From positions 45,121 through 109,120 of the forward strand of contig JAJDVX010000015.1 of NCBI GenBank assembly GCA_022825895.1: a DNA stretch of 64,000 bases, written 5' to 3'. The position numbers and the translations under genes are program-made. The notes below the pieces were generated by a model. It was given only the letters and a program-made list of their open reading frames with translations, made no database searches and was not told the DNA's origin. Positions 39,422 to 48,443 of this stretch are shown piece after piece. Positions within the stretch are counted from its first letter, which is position 1. Each line of letters starts with the position of its first letter. Origin of the DNA: Chloroflexota bacterium (GTDB taxonomy: Bacteria; Chloroflexota; UBA11872).

Positions 39422-41694
39422 CTCCGCGCCGCCTCCGGCAACGTCTGGATGAAGTTGACGATGTGCCAGGTGTCCAGTTCGCCGTATCGCTCGCCGAACG
39501 CCGGCATCCCCGTTCCCTCGATCCCGTTGAACACAAACCCGAACAGCGCATCGTCCGGGTGCAGCGGCACGTGGATCACCAGGTCCAGCGGCGGCGGATC
39601 CAGCGTCGCCGCCAATGGACCGTCCCCGCGACCCGCCGGCCCATGACAGCTCACGCACTCGGCTTCATAAAGCTCCCTTCCGGCGCTGACCGAGACATCG
39701 TCCGGCGGTATCGGGTTCACCGCAGACACCGAGACGCCCTGCGGCGGTCCGATAATCAGCAGCCCTGCCCCCAGCAAGATGGCGGCAAAGCCCGCCCCGG
39801 TCCCCGCCTGCCGCACGCGCGTTGCCCATCCCTGGCGCGCCAGCGTCGCCAGCGCCAGCACAAAGCCCATCCCGGCCAGCGCCAACCCCCAGAACCGCAC
39901 CGCGACCGCCGCATCAACCTCCGCCACGCCAATCGCCGTCGGCGACCCGATGTTCAGCCGCACCGGAACTCTGGCGTCGAACGCCCCCGGCTGCCGCACG
40001 ATCGCCAGCACCTGCCACCGGCCCGCCAACGCAAAGGCATCCGTCTCCACCACGAATCTGCCGTCCTCGGTGCGAACCGGCCGCTCAACCGTCGTCCCCA
40101 GGTCGGTATCGAGATAGCGAAGCTGCAACTCCACATCCGCATCCCCGGCCCGTCCGCCGTCCGCCGTCACCACGTCAACTTCCAGCGTGTTCGGACCCGG
40201 CCGCCCCGGAACCACACGCACCCGCACTCTCGAATCGCCGCTGGCCCCCACGCCCTCCACCGCCAGCGGCACGTCCCCGCTGACCTGCCGCGCCGGCTCG
40301 CGCTCCGTCAGGAACCCGACAACCAGCAGCACACTCACGGCCAGCACGATCTCCGCGCCCACCAGCGTCCGCAGCGCCGTCTGCGCCCTCGGTCGCGCCA
40401 CACCCCCAGCCGCCAGCCTCGGCCGGGTCCACCCCAGGTTCGCGCCCCCCAGCGCCAGCAGCGGCGCCACCAGCGCCAGCTTGGCCACCAGCAAAACTCC
40501 GTACTCCGTGCTCCACAGCCGCGCCGGCTCGAGTACCTGTAACCACGCGCTATACGCCCCGGTCACCAGGATCAGGCCCACAGCCACTGTGGCAACCGCC
40601 GAGAAGCGCGCCGCAACCTCGGTGATCTCGGCGGCAACGGAGCCGTTGGGACGCGCCTGGCGCGACTCCCACGCCAGCAACAGCACTACCGGCAATCCGC
40701 CCACCCACGCCCCCACCGCCAGCAGGTGAATCAGGTCGGCCGCCAGCGCCGGCCCAACCTCGCGCAGCGCCGCGGCGTGACTGCCCAGCGAAATCGTCAC
40801 CGCCATCACCACGGCCGCCAGCGCCACCCCGCCGAATGCAACCACGCCCCGCCGCTCGTCCGGCGACGACGAACTGGCCTGGTCGGCCAGCACCAGCGCC
40901 ACCGCGAGCGCCGCGGTCCGCGATTTCCACAAAACACCCCACTGCCCCGCCCCAAACACATCCCCGAACCCCGCCAGCAGCGAGTCGCCGCCCAACACCA
41001 GGATCTGCGTCCCCAGCAGTCCAACTTGCCCCGCCAGGGCCAGCAGCCCTCCGCCCAGCAACAGCAGCGCCGTCCGCCGTTCCACGACCCGACGCCGCTC
41101 AGGCAGGGATCCCCGCCGTTGCATCAGCACCTGCAGCGGCCCGCCGAACAGCACCGCCACGCCCACGAACAGCAACCAGCGCGAAATCGCCGCCGCCGGG
41201 CTCGACTCGATCGAAGCCACCGCCACCACCACGTCCGCCGCCACCGGCTCGCCCACCCCGAACGCAAACGACCCGCGGATCACATGACCGTCAATCACCG
41301 AGAGCGTCCGCCACACCACCACGTACGTGCCGTCCGCCAGGTCACCCACAGGAACCAGCATGGCCGCGTCACTCGTTGGGTCCGCCTCCGTCGGCCCCGT
41401 GGTCACCGGCTGACCGTCGGCGTCCAGCACCTCCAGGTTGCTGTAATCCGGATCGATGGCCTCGCTGAACTCCGCGTACACCACCAGCGGCGCCGGATCC
41501 ACCGCCGTCCCCGGGCTCGGCGACGCCCGCACCAGGTTCGCGTGCGCCCCGGACGGCGCCGCCACCAGCGCCAGCGCCGTCAACGCGGCTAGAAACGCCA
41601 GGGCCAGGCGCCCGCGGCGGAGCCCAGGCCCCCGCCACGGGCCGGGTTCCCTACCCGGCGCCACGCCGACGGAACGCATAGAACGCAAGGCCAA
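39418..41694 (-). CDS. CopC-CopD fusion copper resistance/uptake protein with C-terminal mono-heme cytochrome c domain
   Basis: Signal, then CopC domain (HANLVRASPSPGTAV...GTYVVVWRTLSVIDGHVIRGSFAFGV), ~8 TM CopD domain, YtkA-like periplasmic domain, C-terminal CVSCHG (CxxCH) cytochrome c. Exact start uncertain (41694 or 41679). Confidence 0.8.
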   Translation of the reverse strand: MALRSMRSVGVAPGREPGPWRGPGLRRGRLALAFLAALTALALVAAPSGAHANLVRASPSPGTAVDPAPLVVYAEFSEAIDPDYSNLEVLDADGQPVTTGPTEADPTSDAAMLVPVGDLADGTYVVVWRTLSVIDGHVIRGSFAFGVGEPVAADVVVAVASIESSPAAAISRWLLFVGVAVLFGGPLQVLMQRRGSLPERRRVVERRTALLLLGGGLLALAGQVGLLGTQILVLGGDSLLAGFGDVFGAGQWGVLWKSRTAALAVALVLADQASSSSPDERRGVVAFGGVALAAVVMAVTISLGSHAAALREVGPALAADLIHLLAVGAWVGGLPVVLLLAWESRQARPNGSVAAEITEVAARFSAVATVAVGLILVTGAYSAWLQVLEPARLWSTEYGVLLVAKLALVAPLLALGGANLGWTRPRLAAGGVARPRAQTALRTLVGAEIVLAVSVLLVVGFLTEREPARQVSGDVPLAVEGVGASGDSRVRVRVVPGRPGPNTLEVDVVTADGGRAGDADVELQLRYLDTDLGTTVERPVRTEDGRFVVETDAFALAGRWQVLAIVRQPGAFDARVPVRLNIGSPTAIGVAEVDAAVAVRFWGLALAGMGFVLALATLARQGWATRVRQAGTGAGFAAILLGAGLLIIGPPQGVSVSAVNPIPPDDVSVSAGRELYEAECVSCHGPAGRGDGPLAATLDPPPLDLVIHVPLHPDDALFGFVFNGIEGTGMPAFGERYGELDTWHIVNFIQTLPEAARS

Positions 41695-43084
41695 CGCCAG
41701 TCACAAGTCCCAGTCCGCCAATCACCAGCCCGGCCACCGCAATCGTCAGGGCCGTCGCCGAAGCGTCCGACGCCTCCCGCGCCTGCTGCTGCGCCGCCGT
41801 GGCCACCCCCGCGATCTCGCGCGCGCTCGGCACCGGCCGCGGGAACTGCGCCACCGTGGCCGACCGCACGTCGTCGAACGTCCCGGGACCCGAAGTAAAT
41901 GTCTCGTCAACCGGCAGCCCGTCGATCGTGCCCACAAACCGGAACCGGTACGGCCCAGGCGCCGTCGGGATGAACGGCGCCACGTAGCCTCCGTCCTCGC
42001 CGCGCAGCGGCGTCAGCGCCATCTGCCGGGCGATGCCCGACGCCGACATGTCCGCCGCCAGGTGCGTCACCTCCACCACCAGGCTGTTCGCCAGGCCGTT
42101 GATGCCAACTTGCGCCTGCTGGCCGGCGTCCATCTGCATGCCGCCGGACCCACCGCCGTCCGGGATGTGAATCGTCTCTAACGCCTCGATTGTCTCGCCG
42201 CCATACGCGTACTCCTCGTGCATGTTGGTATTCAGCGTCACCCGCACTTCGTTCATGCCCGGCGCCAGCTTGCCCAGGTGCAGGTACGGACTGTAGATCC
42301 GCCCCAGCCGCACCCCATTCACGTAGAGGTGCGGATGCCCTTCGCCCGCCACGTTCGGAGCATTCACCTTCGCCGGGGCAAGCGTGAATCCCTGCGGCGT
42401 CACCTTCAGGTTCGCCCCGCCCAGCGGATCCGGCTCCAGGCTGATCGCGACTCTCATCCCGGCGGGCGCCTCCACGTGGCCAACCTCTTCCGGCGCCGGC
42501 GGCATCGCCGGAACGTTGATCGTGGTCGCCGCCTGCACCGGCTGCCCGTCCACCACGTATTCGCTGTGGCCATTCGTCTGCAGTGTCACCCGGATCTCAC
42601 GGTCCCCGGGTGCAACGCCCTTCAGGTGGAACCACTCGCCGTAGGCTCGGCCCACCTTCTCGCCGTCCACGTAAACGTGCGCGTGCCCCTCGCCGTGCAC
42701 GTCCGCCTGATTCACCCGCTCCGGCGCGAACACAAAGCCGGTGGGGATGATGTGCACGTTGATTCCATCGATCGGATCGACCTCCGCCGTCACCTCCACT
42801 GCCATCCCCGACGTCTCCACCGTTCCACCGTGCTCGTGACCGCCGTCCGCGGCCTGGCCCGAACCCTGGTGATCGTCGCCCGCCCGCGTCACCGACAGGT
42901 ACACCCCATTCGGCTGCCCCTCATACGCCGGCTCCACCAGGAACCCGACGTCAAAGGTGAAGCCATGAACCTCACGTCCCTCGTGCGCCCACACCACGCT
43001 CGCCGCAGCCACTAGCCCGACCGCGGCAAGCGCCAACGCCGGCAGGCTGTGCCTCAAGCGCGGCCGGCGATTCCAGACTCGCAT
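41651..43084 (-). CDS. secreted His-rich protein with internal tandem-duplicated ~90-aa domain and C-terminal TM anchor (putative copper-binding)
   Basis: Start re-picked to MRVWNRRPRL (ATG 43082-43084, GAGG RBS). Repeats DPIDGINVHIIPTGFVFAPERVNQADVHGEGHAHVYVDG... and DPLGGANLKVTPQGFTLAPAKVNAPNVAGEGHPHLYVNG... Confidence 0.55.
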   Translation of the reverse strand: MRVWNRRPRLRHSLPALALAAVGLVAAASVVWAHEGREVHGFTFDVGFLVEPAYEGQPNGVYLSVTRAGDDHQGSGQAADGGHEHGGTVETSGMAVEVTAEVDPIDGINVHIIPTGFVFAPERVNQADVHGEGHAHVYVDGEKVGRAYGEWFHLKGVAPGDREIRVTLQTNGHSEYVVDGQPVQAATTINVPAMPPAPEEVGHVEAPAGMRVAISLEPDPLGGANLKVTPQGFTLAPAKVNAPNVAGEGHPHLYVNGVRLGRIYSPYLHLGKLAPGMNEVRVTLNTNMHEEYAYGGETIEALETIHIPDGGGSGGMQMDAGQQAQVGINGLANSLVVEVTHLAADMSASGIARQMALTPLRGEDGGYVAPFIPTAPGPYRFRFVGTIDGLPVDETFTSGPGTFDDVRSATVAQFPRPVPSAREIAGVATAAQQQAREASDASATALTIAVAGLVIGGLGLVTGVGLAFYAFRRRGAG

Positions 43085-43185
43085 CAACAAACCTCGCAGT
43101 TTCGGCGCATCCCCGCACGACACTTCTCGTCCCTACGGGATTCGCCCATTTGGTCCGCGCACCTGCGTGCGCGGCTGGGAGCCAT

Positions 43186-43545
43186 CTACTGCAAGGCCAA
43201 CCTGGGCGGCGGCCGCGGCGTCCCAATAGTCATGCGGCATGCCCGCCCAACATCCAATCGAACACGCTCGAACAGGCACACGACCAGCACAACGGCCAGT
43301 AATGCCGGCATCACCCCCACCGGAAACGGCGACGACTGCTCCGGAAACTCACCCGTCGTGTCAGCCGCTCCTGCCCCATCCGCCTCCGGCAATGTCCACG
43401 GCAAGTGAATGTGATCGTGCCCCTCATGCCCGTGCGGCGTAACCACCCCAAGCATCGGCGCCGCACTCGTCACCAAAGACGGCGCCAGCAAGGCCGCCAC
43501 GGCCAGAACCAGCACGGCAGCCGCCACAACTCGCCTGAACCTCAT
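43186..43545 (-). CDS. small secreted/membrane-anchored His-rich protein
   Basis: Signal MRFRRVVAAAVLVLAVAALLA, then HGHEGHDHIHLP, C-terminal TM helix. Sits in the copper cluster. Confidence 0.4.
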   Translation of the reverse strand: MRFRRVVAAAVLVLAVAALLAPSLVTSAAPMLGVVTPHGHEGHDHIHLPWTLPEADGAGAADTTGEFPEQSSPFPVGVMPALLAVVLVVCLFERVRLDVGRACRMTIGTPRPPPRLALQ

Positions 43546-43586
43546 GCAGCCAGACTATCTGAACTCAACGCGCCAGGACCCAGGCC

Positions 43587-44468
43587 ATGGCCGGAAGCCC
43601 CATCAACGTCCCAGGGACTCCAGTCGCTCTCGCCATCGGGCAGAATCCCGCCAGGTCCTCCACCCCGTATTCGCAAAGGCCGGTCCCCTTGAGCAATCCC
43701 CCCTATGCCTTCGGCGACGACGACACCGCCGCCGAACGCCATCGCATGCTCGCCTACATATTCGCGCCGGAAATCAAGAGCTTCCTTCGCCACGTGCCGC
43801 CCGATCCCACGCTGGTGATCGACCTTGGCTGCGGCCCCGGCTTCACCACCCGCCTGCTCGCCGACTCCCTCAACGCCCGAAAAACCGTCGGCCTCGACAC
43901 CTCACGGCCCTTCCTGGACATGGCCGGCCGTGATTCCCACGACGGACTCGGCTTTGTCCACCACGACGTAACCCGGGCGCCCTTCCCCACCGGAGCCGCT
44001 GACGTCCTCTTCTGCCACCTGCTGCTGCCGCATCTCGCCGAACCGGCCGGCGCCCTTCGCACCTGGGCCTCGCAGCTACGCCCGGCCGGCCTCCTGCTCG
44101 TCGACGAGGTCTCCGACATCCAAACTACCAACCCGACTTTCCGCACCTACCTGGACGCCGCCGAACGAATGCTCGACGGCATCGGCGGCGACCTCTACGT
44201 CGGCCGCCGAGTCGAAAGCCTCGGCCGCGTCCCCGGCCTGCGCCGCATCTCCAGCCGCCTGGTCAAGAACCCCGTCGCCACCGCCGCCTGCGCCCGCATG
44301 TTCCGACTGAACCTCGACGCCTGGGGCCCCAACCCCCACGCCGCCCTCTCCCCCGAGGACATCAGCGCCCTCGGCTCCGCCCTCGACGACCTCGCCACCT
44401 CCACCGCCACCAACGAAATCCACTGGCAAATGCGCCAAATCATCTTCAAAGCCACCACCGGCGGCTGA
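43587..44468 (+). CDS. class I SAM-dependent methyltransferase
   Basis: Motif I VIDLGCGPGFTT, motif II/III VLFCHLLL. ATG start. Confidence 0.7.
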   Translation: MAGSPINVPGTPVALAIGQNPARSSTPYSQRPVPLSNPPYAFGDDDTAAERHRMLAYIFAPEIKSFLRHVPPDPTLVIDLGCGPGFTTRLLADSLNARKTVGLDTSRPFLDMAGRDSHDGLGFVHHDVTRAPFPTGAADVLFCHLLLPHLAEPAGALRTWASQLRPAGLLLVDEVSDIQTTNPTFRTYLDAAERMLDGIGGDLYVGRRVESLGRVPGLRRISSRLVKNPVATAACARMFRLNLDAWGPNPHAALSPEDISALGSALDDLATSTATNEIHWQMRQIIFKATTGG

Positions 44469-44590
44469 CTAAACGACGCCCGGCCCGCGCCGTAGTACAC
44501 TCATTCAAAGGTTCCCCCCCGATGACAAGAGCCCAAGGGGCCCTCTCCGGCAACGGAGTAGTTGGGGGGGTCACTCTTTAATGGGCCAAC

Positions 44591-45253
44591 CTAGTAGTAG
44601 GCCCTCGTCTTATTCTTAAAGACATCAATCTGACTGAGCACGGCCGGACTAACCAGATCAAAGAATCCTGACTTTCCTCGCTCATACTTGCGAAATACTG
44701 CCCAGCATATGTAGTCGGCTACTTGAAGACCGTAGTGAGCACGGGAATCGTGATGCACGATGTGGTACCGCAGACGATTGGGAATTCTCCTGGACAGTGT
44801 GTGCCGCACCGACTTCTCGAGTGCTTCCCGCCGTCTCCGGTAAGGGACAGTATCGGTAATAACGATTACTTCTTTGGCCTCGGACTTCGACTCTCTCAAG
44901 ACTACGCGTCGGAGCAGGGAACCGAGCATCTCCGCGTAGAACCTCCCGTCAGGTGTCAGAGAAGGTTCGGTTTTGCGTTTCTCTACAATCAACGCATCAA
45001 TACTGAAGTGATCAAGGTGGGATCCGATGATGTCAAAGACCCTGCCACGAACATGTCGGTTGTCATGAGCGCAGTGGAAGTACTCGGTCGCTAGGCCATA
45101 CTCCAGGCAGTCGTACTTATACGCATCCAGCGCCTCATACATCCGAAACGGCCGCTCCATGCTCACGCTCGTCAGCACGAAATAGCGAGTCCCGCGCGCG
45201 CTGAAATCAAGGTTCCCCGACTCGTCCAGGAATATGTACACGCAGTCGCTCAC
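44591..45253 (-). CDS. DUF3800 family protein
   Basis: GTG start at 45251-45253 (ORF track extends to 45358). CVYIFLDESGN N-terminus and GLQVADYICWAV C-terminal motif typical of DUF3800. GC ~52%. Confidence 0.65.
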   Translation of the reverse strand: MSDCVYIFLDESGNLDFSARGTRYFVLTSVSMERPFRMYEALDAYKYDCLEYGLATEYFHCAHDNRHVRGRVFDIIGSHLDHFSIDALIVEKRKTEPSLTPDGRFYAEMLGSLLRRVVLRESKSEAKEVIVITDTVPYRRRREALEKSVRHTLSRRIPNRLRYHIVHHDSRAHYGLQVADYICWAVFRKYERGKSGFFDLVSPAVLSQIDVFKNKTRAYY

Positions 45254-45401
45254 CGGCGGCCCAGGCCCTTTCCTCGTAGTCGCCCCACTGGACAACACAT
45301 CCCGACGTTTCGCCGGAGCCCTGGGATTCCGCGCCACGCGCGCGGAGTCCCACGGCACCCTGCGTACCCGCCCGGCGGCTCAAGACCGCGATCCGCGTAT
45401 C

Positions 45402-46457
45402 ATGCCCCACACCCCAACCGCTGCCACTCTCATGAACCTCGACAGCCGCACCTGGGACGCCCGCTACGGCCGCGGCATCCTGGCGGAACATGGGTCCCAA
45501 TACACCGACTACATCGCCGTCACCTCCCCCAGCGCCTGGGCCGTGGTGGAGCCGTTGCTCCCCCATCCGCCGCGCGCCCTCGAGTTCCAGCGCGGCATGG
45601 ACGAGGAATACCTCGAGGCCCTGATCCAGCGCCTGCCCGACGCCGAACTCGTTTTGGCCATCGGCGGCGGAAACGCCCTGGACGTGGGCAAAGTCGCCGC
45701 CTGGAAGCTCGGCAAGCCGCTGGTCATGATCCCCACTATCGTCTCCACCGGCGCCATCTTCCAGGCCCCCGTCGCCTTCCGCCGCCAGCCCGTCTGGCAG
45801 TTCTACTTCGACACCATCGCGCCCGAATACTTGCTCCTGGACTACGACGTCATCGCCGCCGCGCCCCCGCATCTCAACCGCGCCGGCATGGGCGAGTGCA
45901 TCTGCATCCTCGGCCACGTCGGCTCCTGGCGCTGGTGGGCCGGCAACCGTACGGACGGTATCCCGTGGGACCAATCGGTGGCCGACGCCACGCATTCCTG
46001 GGTCCGCCGACGCTGCCGCGACTTCGCCGCCGGCCTGGACGCCGACGGCCGCCCCAACGACGAGTCCCTCCGCATCGCCAGCGAAGTCAACCGCGAGCGT
46101 TACGACGTCCCCACCCACGACCTCAAGGTCTCCCACAGCATCGACCACACCTTCGTCATGGCCTTCGAGTGGGTCCACGGCTACGAACTCATCCATTCGG
46201 AAGTCGTCTCCCTCGGCGCTCTCATCAACGCCTACGTCTACGAGTGGGGCTTCGACGAAACCAAGGCACTCCTCGACGCCTGCCAGGTGCGCTACCGGCC
46301 TGCCGACATCGGCTGCACCTGGGACGAGGTCAAGGCCGTCCTCGCCAACCTGAACGAACTCAACGACCGCCTCGGCCACGCCCAAAACTGGTTTCATCGC
46401 AATTCGCTCTCCGACCAGTCGTTCCAACAGATGGCGGACGCAATCGACGCACCGTAA
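45402..46457 (+). CDS. iron-containing alcohol dehydrogenase / dehydroquinate-synthase-like superfamily protein
   Basis: Start re-picked to ATG 45402. LAIGGGNALDVGKVAAW ... MIPTIVSTGAIF nucleotide-binding pattern of DHQS/Fe-ADH/glycerol-dehydrogenase fold. Confidence 0.7.
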   Translation: MPHTPTAATLMNLDSRTWDARYGRGILAEHGSQYTDYIAVTSPSAWAVVEPLLPHPPRALEFQRGMDEEYLEALIQRLPDAELVLAIGGGNALDVGKVAAWKLGKPLVMIPTIVSTGAIFQAPVAFRRQPVWQFYFDTIAPEYLLLDYDVIAAAPPHLNRAGMGECICILGHVGSWRWWAGNRTDGIPWDQSVADATHSWVRRRCRDFAAGLDADGRPNDESLRIASEVNRERYDVPTHDLKVSHSIDHTFVMAFEWVHGYELIHSEVVSLGALINAYVYEWGFDETKALLDACQVRYRPADIGCTWDEVKAVLANLNELNDRLGHAQNWFHRNSLSDQSFQQMADAIDAP

Positions 46458-46490
46458 GACCACCATGAGCCCATTCCTTCAGAGTCAGCC

Positions 46491-47558
46491 ATGACCAACG
46501 TCCGCCTCGCCATCGTCGGCTGCGGCACCATCTCCAGGCTCAACGCCCCCGGCTACCTGGAACATCCCCAATGCGAGGTCGCCGCCCTCTGCGACCCCGC
46601 CCGCGAACGCGCCCAACAGCGTGCGGCCGAATGGGGCATCACCCCCCGCATCTACACCAGCTACGACCAATTGCTCGAAGACCCTGAAATCGACGCCGTC
46701 GAACTCCTCACCCCGACCCCGCTCCACGCCGATCAGTCCATCGCCGCCCTGAAAGCCGGCAAGCACGTCTCCTGCCAGAAACCCATGGCCCGCAACCTCC
46801 AGGAAGCCGCTCGCCTCGCAGACGCGGTAGCCCGGGCCGGCACCTTCTATCGGGTTACGGAGAACTTTCTCTACTACCCGCCCCTGGTCAAGGCCAAGAA
46901 ACTCATCGAGAGCGGCGTCATCGGCGATCCCAACATGGTCCGCATGCGCGTCGTCGTTACCAGCGTCGAGGCCGAATCCGAGCGCCTGCCCCTCGCGCCC
47001 GACGCCCTCACCTGGCGCCGCGACCCCTTGCTCAACCCCGGCGGCCTGCTCTACGACGAGGGCGCCCACAAGTACGCCACCGCCATGTGGTGGGTCGGCG
47101 AACCTGCCACTGTCAGCGCCACCGTCACCCGCACCGACGACTACATGGTCGATGCGCCCAGCGTCGTCGTCTGGCGGTTCAAAGACGCCAATTGCCTGGC
47201 CGTCTTCGAATACTCCAGCGCCCCCGACATGCGCATCCGCGCCCCCTACTACGCCCTCGACGACTTCTTCGAGATCCAGGGCACAAAGGGCCTGATCTGG
47301 GTCACCCGCTGCAGCGGCGAAATGCTGGACCTGCCGCCCGTGATGCTGCATACCGGCTCGGAAACCGTCAGCTACCAGGTCCCCATGGACTGGATCGAAG
47401 GCTTCAAGGGCGCCGCCCGCGACTTCATCGACGGCATCCGCGCCGGTCGCCAGCCGCGCCTGGACGTCCACGACTCAACCAAAGTGCTTCGCGCCTCCCT
47501 GGCCGCCTACGCCTCAGACGCCGCCCAGCGCCCGATCGACCCAAGTACCCTGACCTGA
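46491..47558 (+). CDS. Gfo/Idh/MocA family oxidoreductase
   Basis: VRLAIVGCGTISRLNAPG Rossmann, VSCQKPMAR (EKP motif). Confidence 0.8.
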   Translation: MTNVRLAIVGCGTISRLNAPGYLEHPQCEVAALCDPARERAQQRAAEWGITPRIYTSYDQLLEDPEIDAVELLTPTPLHADQSIAALKAGKHVSCQKPMARNLQEAARLADAVARAGTFYRVTENFLYYPPLVKAKKLIESGVIGDPNMVRMRVVVTSVEAESERLPLAPDALTWRRDPLLNPGGLLYDEGAHKYATAMWWVGEPATVSATVTRTDDYMVDAPSVVVWRFKDANCLAVFEYSSAPDMRIRAPYYALDDFFEIQGTKGLIWVTRCSGEMLDLPPVMLHTGSETVSYQVPMDWIEGFKGAARDFIDGIRAGRQPRLDVHDSTKVLRASLAAYASDAAQRPIDPSTLT

Positions 47559-47585
47559 CGTTCGGAGACTCCGGGGAATCTCGAA

Positions 47586-47948
47586 GTGGAAGTCAAGGGC
47601 GTCGACTTCATCTGGACCATCGCCTCCGACGTCGAAGAGACGTCCCGCTTCTACCGCGACGTGCTCGGCCTCACGCCCACCGGAATCCACGACGCCGACT
47701 GGCGCGAATTCCAGGCCGGCTCCACCACCCTGGCCGTCACCCCCGCCCACGTAGGCCTGCATCCGCCCCGGGTCCTAATGGCCCTCGCCGTCGACGATGT
47801 GGACGCCGCGCTCCAGGAAGCCCGCGAAGCCGGCGCCATTGTTCTCCACGAAACCCGCGACACTCCCGCTTGTTTGAACGCCATGATCGCCGACCCCGAC
47901 GGCAACCCCATCTGGCTCCACCAACGCAAAGATGGCACCGCCGGCTAG
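47586..47948 (+). CDS. VOC family protein (glyoxalase/bleomycin resistance/dioxygenase fold)
   Basis: GTG start. VDFIWTIASDVEETSRFYRDVLGL. Confidence 0.7.
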   Translation: MEVKGVDFIWTIASDVEETSRFYRDVLGLTPTGIHDADWREFQAGSTTLAVTPAHVGLHPPRVLMALAVDDVDAALQEAREAGAIVLHETRDTPACLNAMIADPDGNPIWLHQRKDGTAG

Positions 47949-48025
47949 CCGCCCCTAGGCCGGCGCAACCAGCCTAATCTTGGCTAACGCCGCCTCGACC
48001 TCGCCCGCTTGAACGGACTTCCCAC

Positions 48026-48394
48026 ATGTCCCTGCAAACCATCTGGCCACTCATCAACGTCACCGATATGGACCGTTCGCTGGCCTTCTACCGCGACGGC
48101 CTGGGATTCGAAATGGTCGCCTCGTGGGAGACCTCTCACGGCGTCGCCTGGTGCCGCCTGAAGCGCGGGCCCGTCAGCCTCATGCTCCAGATCGCCGGAG
48201 GCAAAGTCCCGCCCCCCGTCGAAGGCCAGGCCGCCGAACTCTACATCCTCTGCGACGACGCCCGCGCCCTCCACGCCGAATTCACAGCCCGCGGCATCCA
48301 CGCCACCGAACCCCAAAACATGGTCTACGACATGCTCCAATTCCGAGTCACCGACCCCGACGGCTACCCCCTCTGGTTCGAAAACCAGGTGTAA
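48026..48394 (+). CDS. VOC family protein (glyoxalase/bleomycin resistance fold)
   Basis: LINVTDMDRSLAFYRDGLGFEMV ... DPDGYPLWF. Confidence 0.7.
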   Translation: MSLQTIWPLINVTDMDRSLAFYRDGLGFEMVASWETSHGVAWCRLKRGPVSLMLQIAGGKVPPPVEGQAAELYILCDDARALHAEFTARGIHATEPQNMVYDMLQFRVTDPDGYPLWFENQV

Positions 48395-48443
48395 TGTCCG
48401 GCCATCACCGTTCCACTGTTGCCGTTCGGCGACGGCCAGATGC

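Noticed and set aside
44514-44570. C7/G7 inverted repeat as a possible ncRNA or att site
   Set aside because: Sits between two convergent stops, so most simply a bidirectional terminator. Mentioned only as an island border feature.
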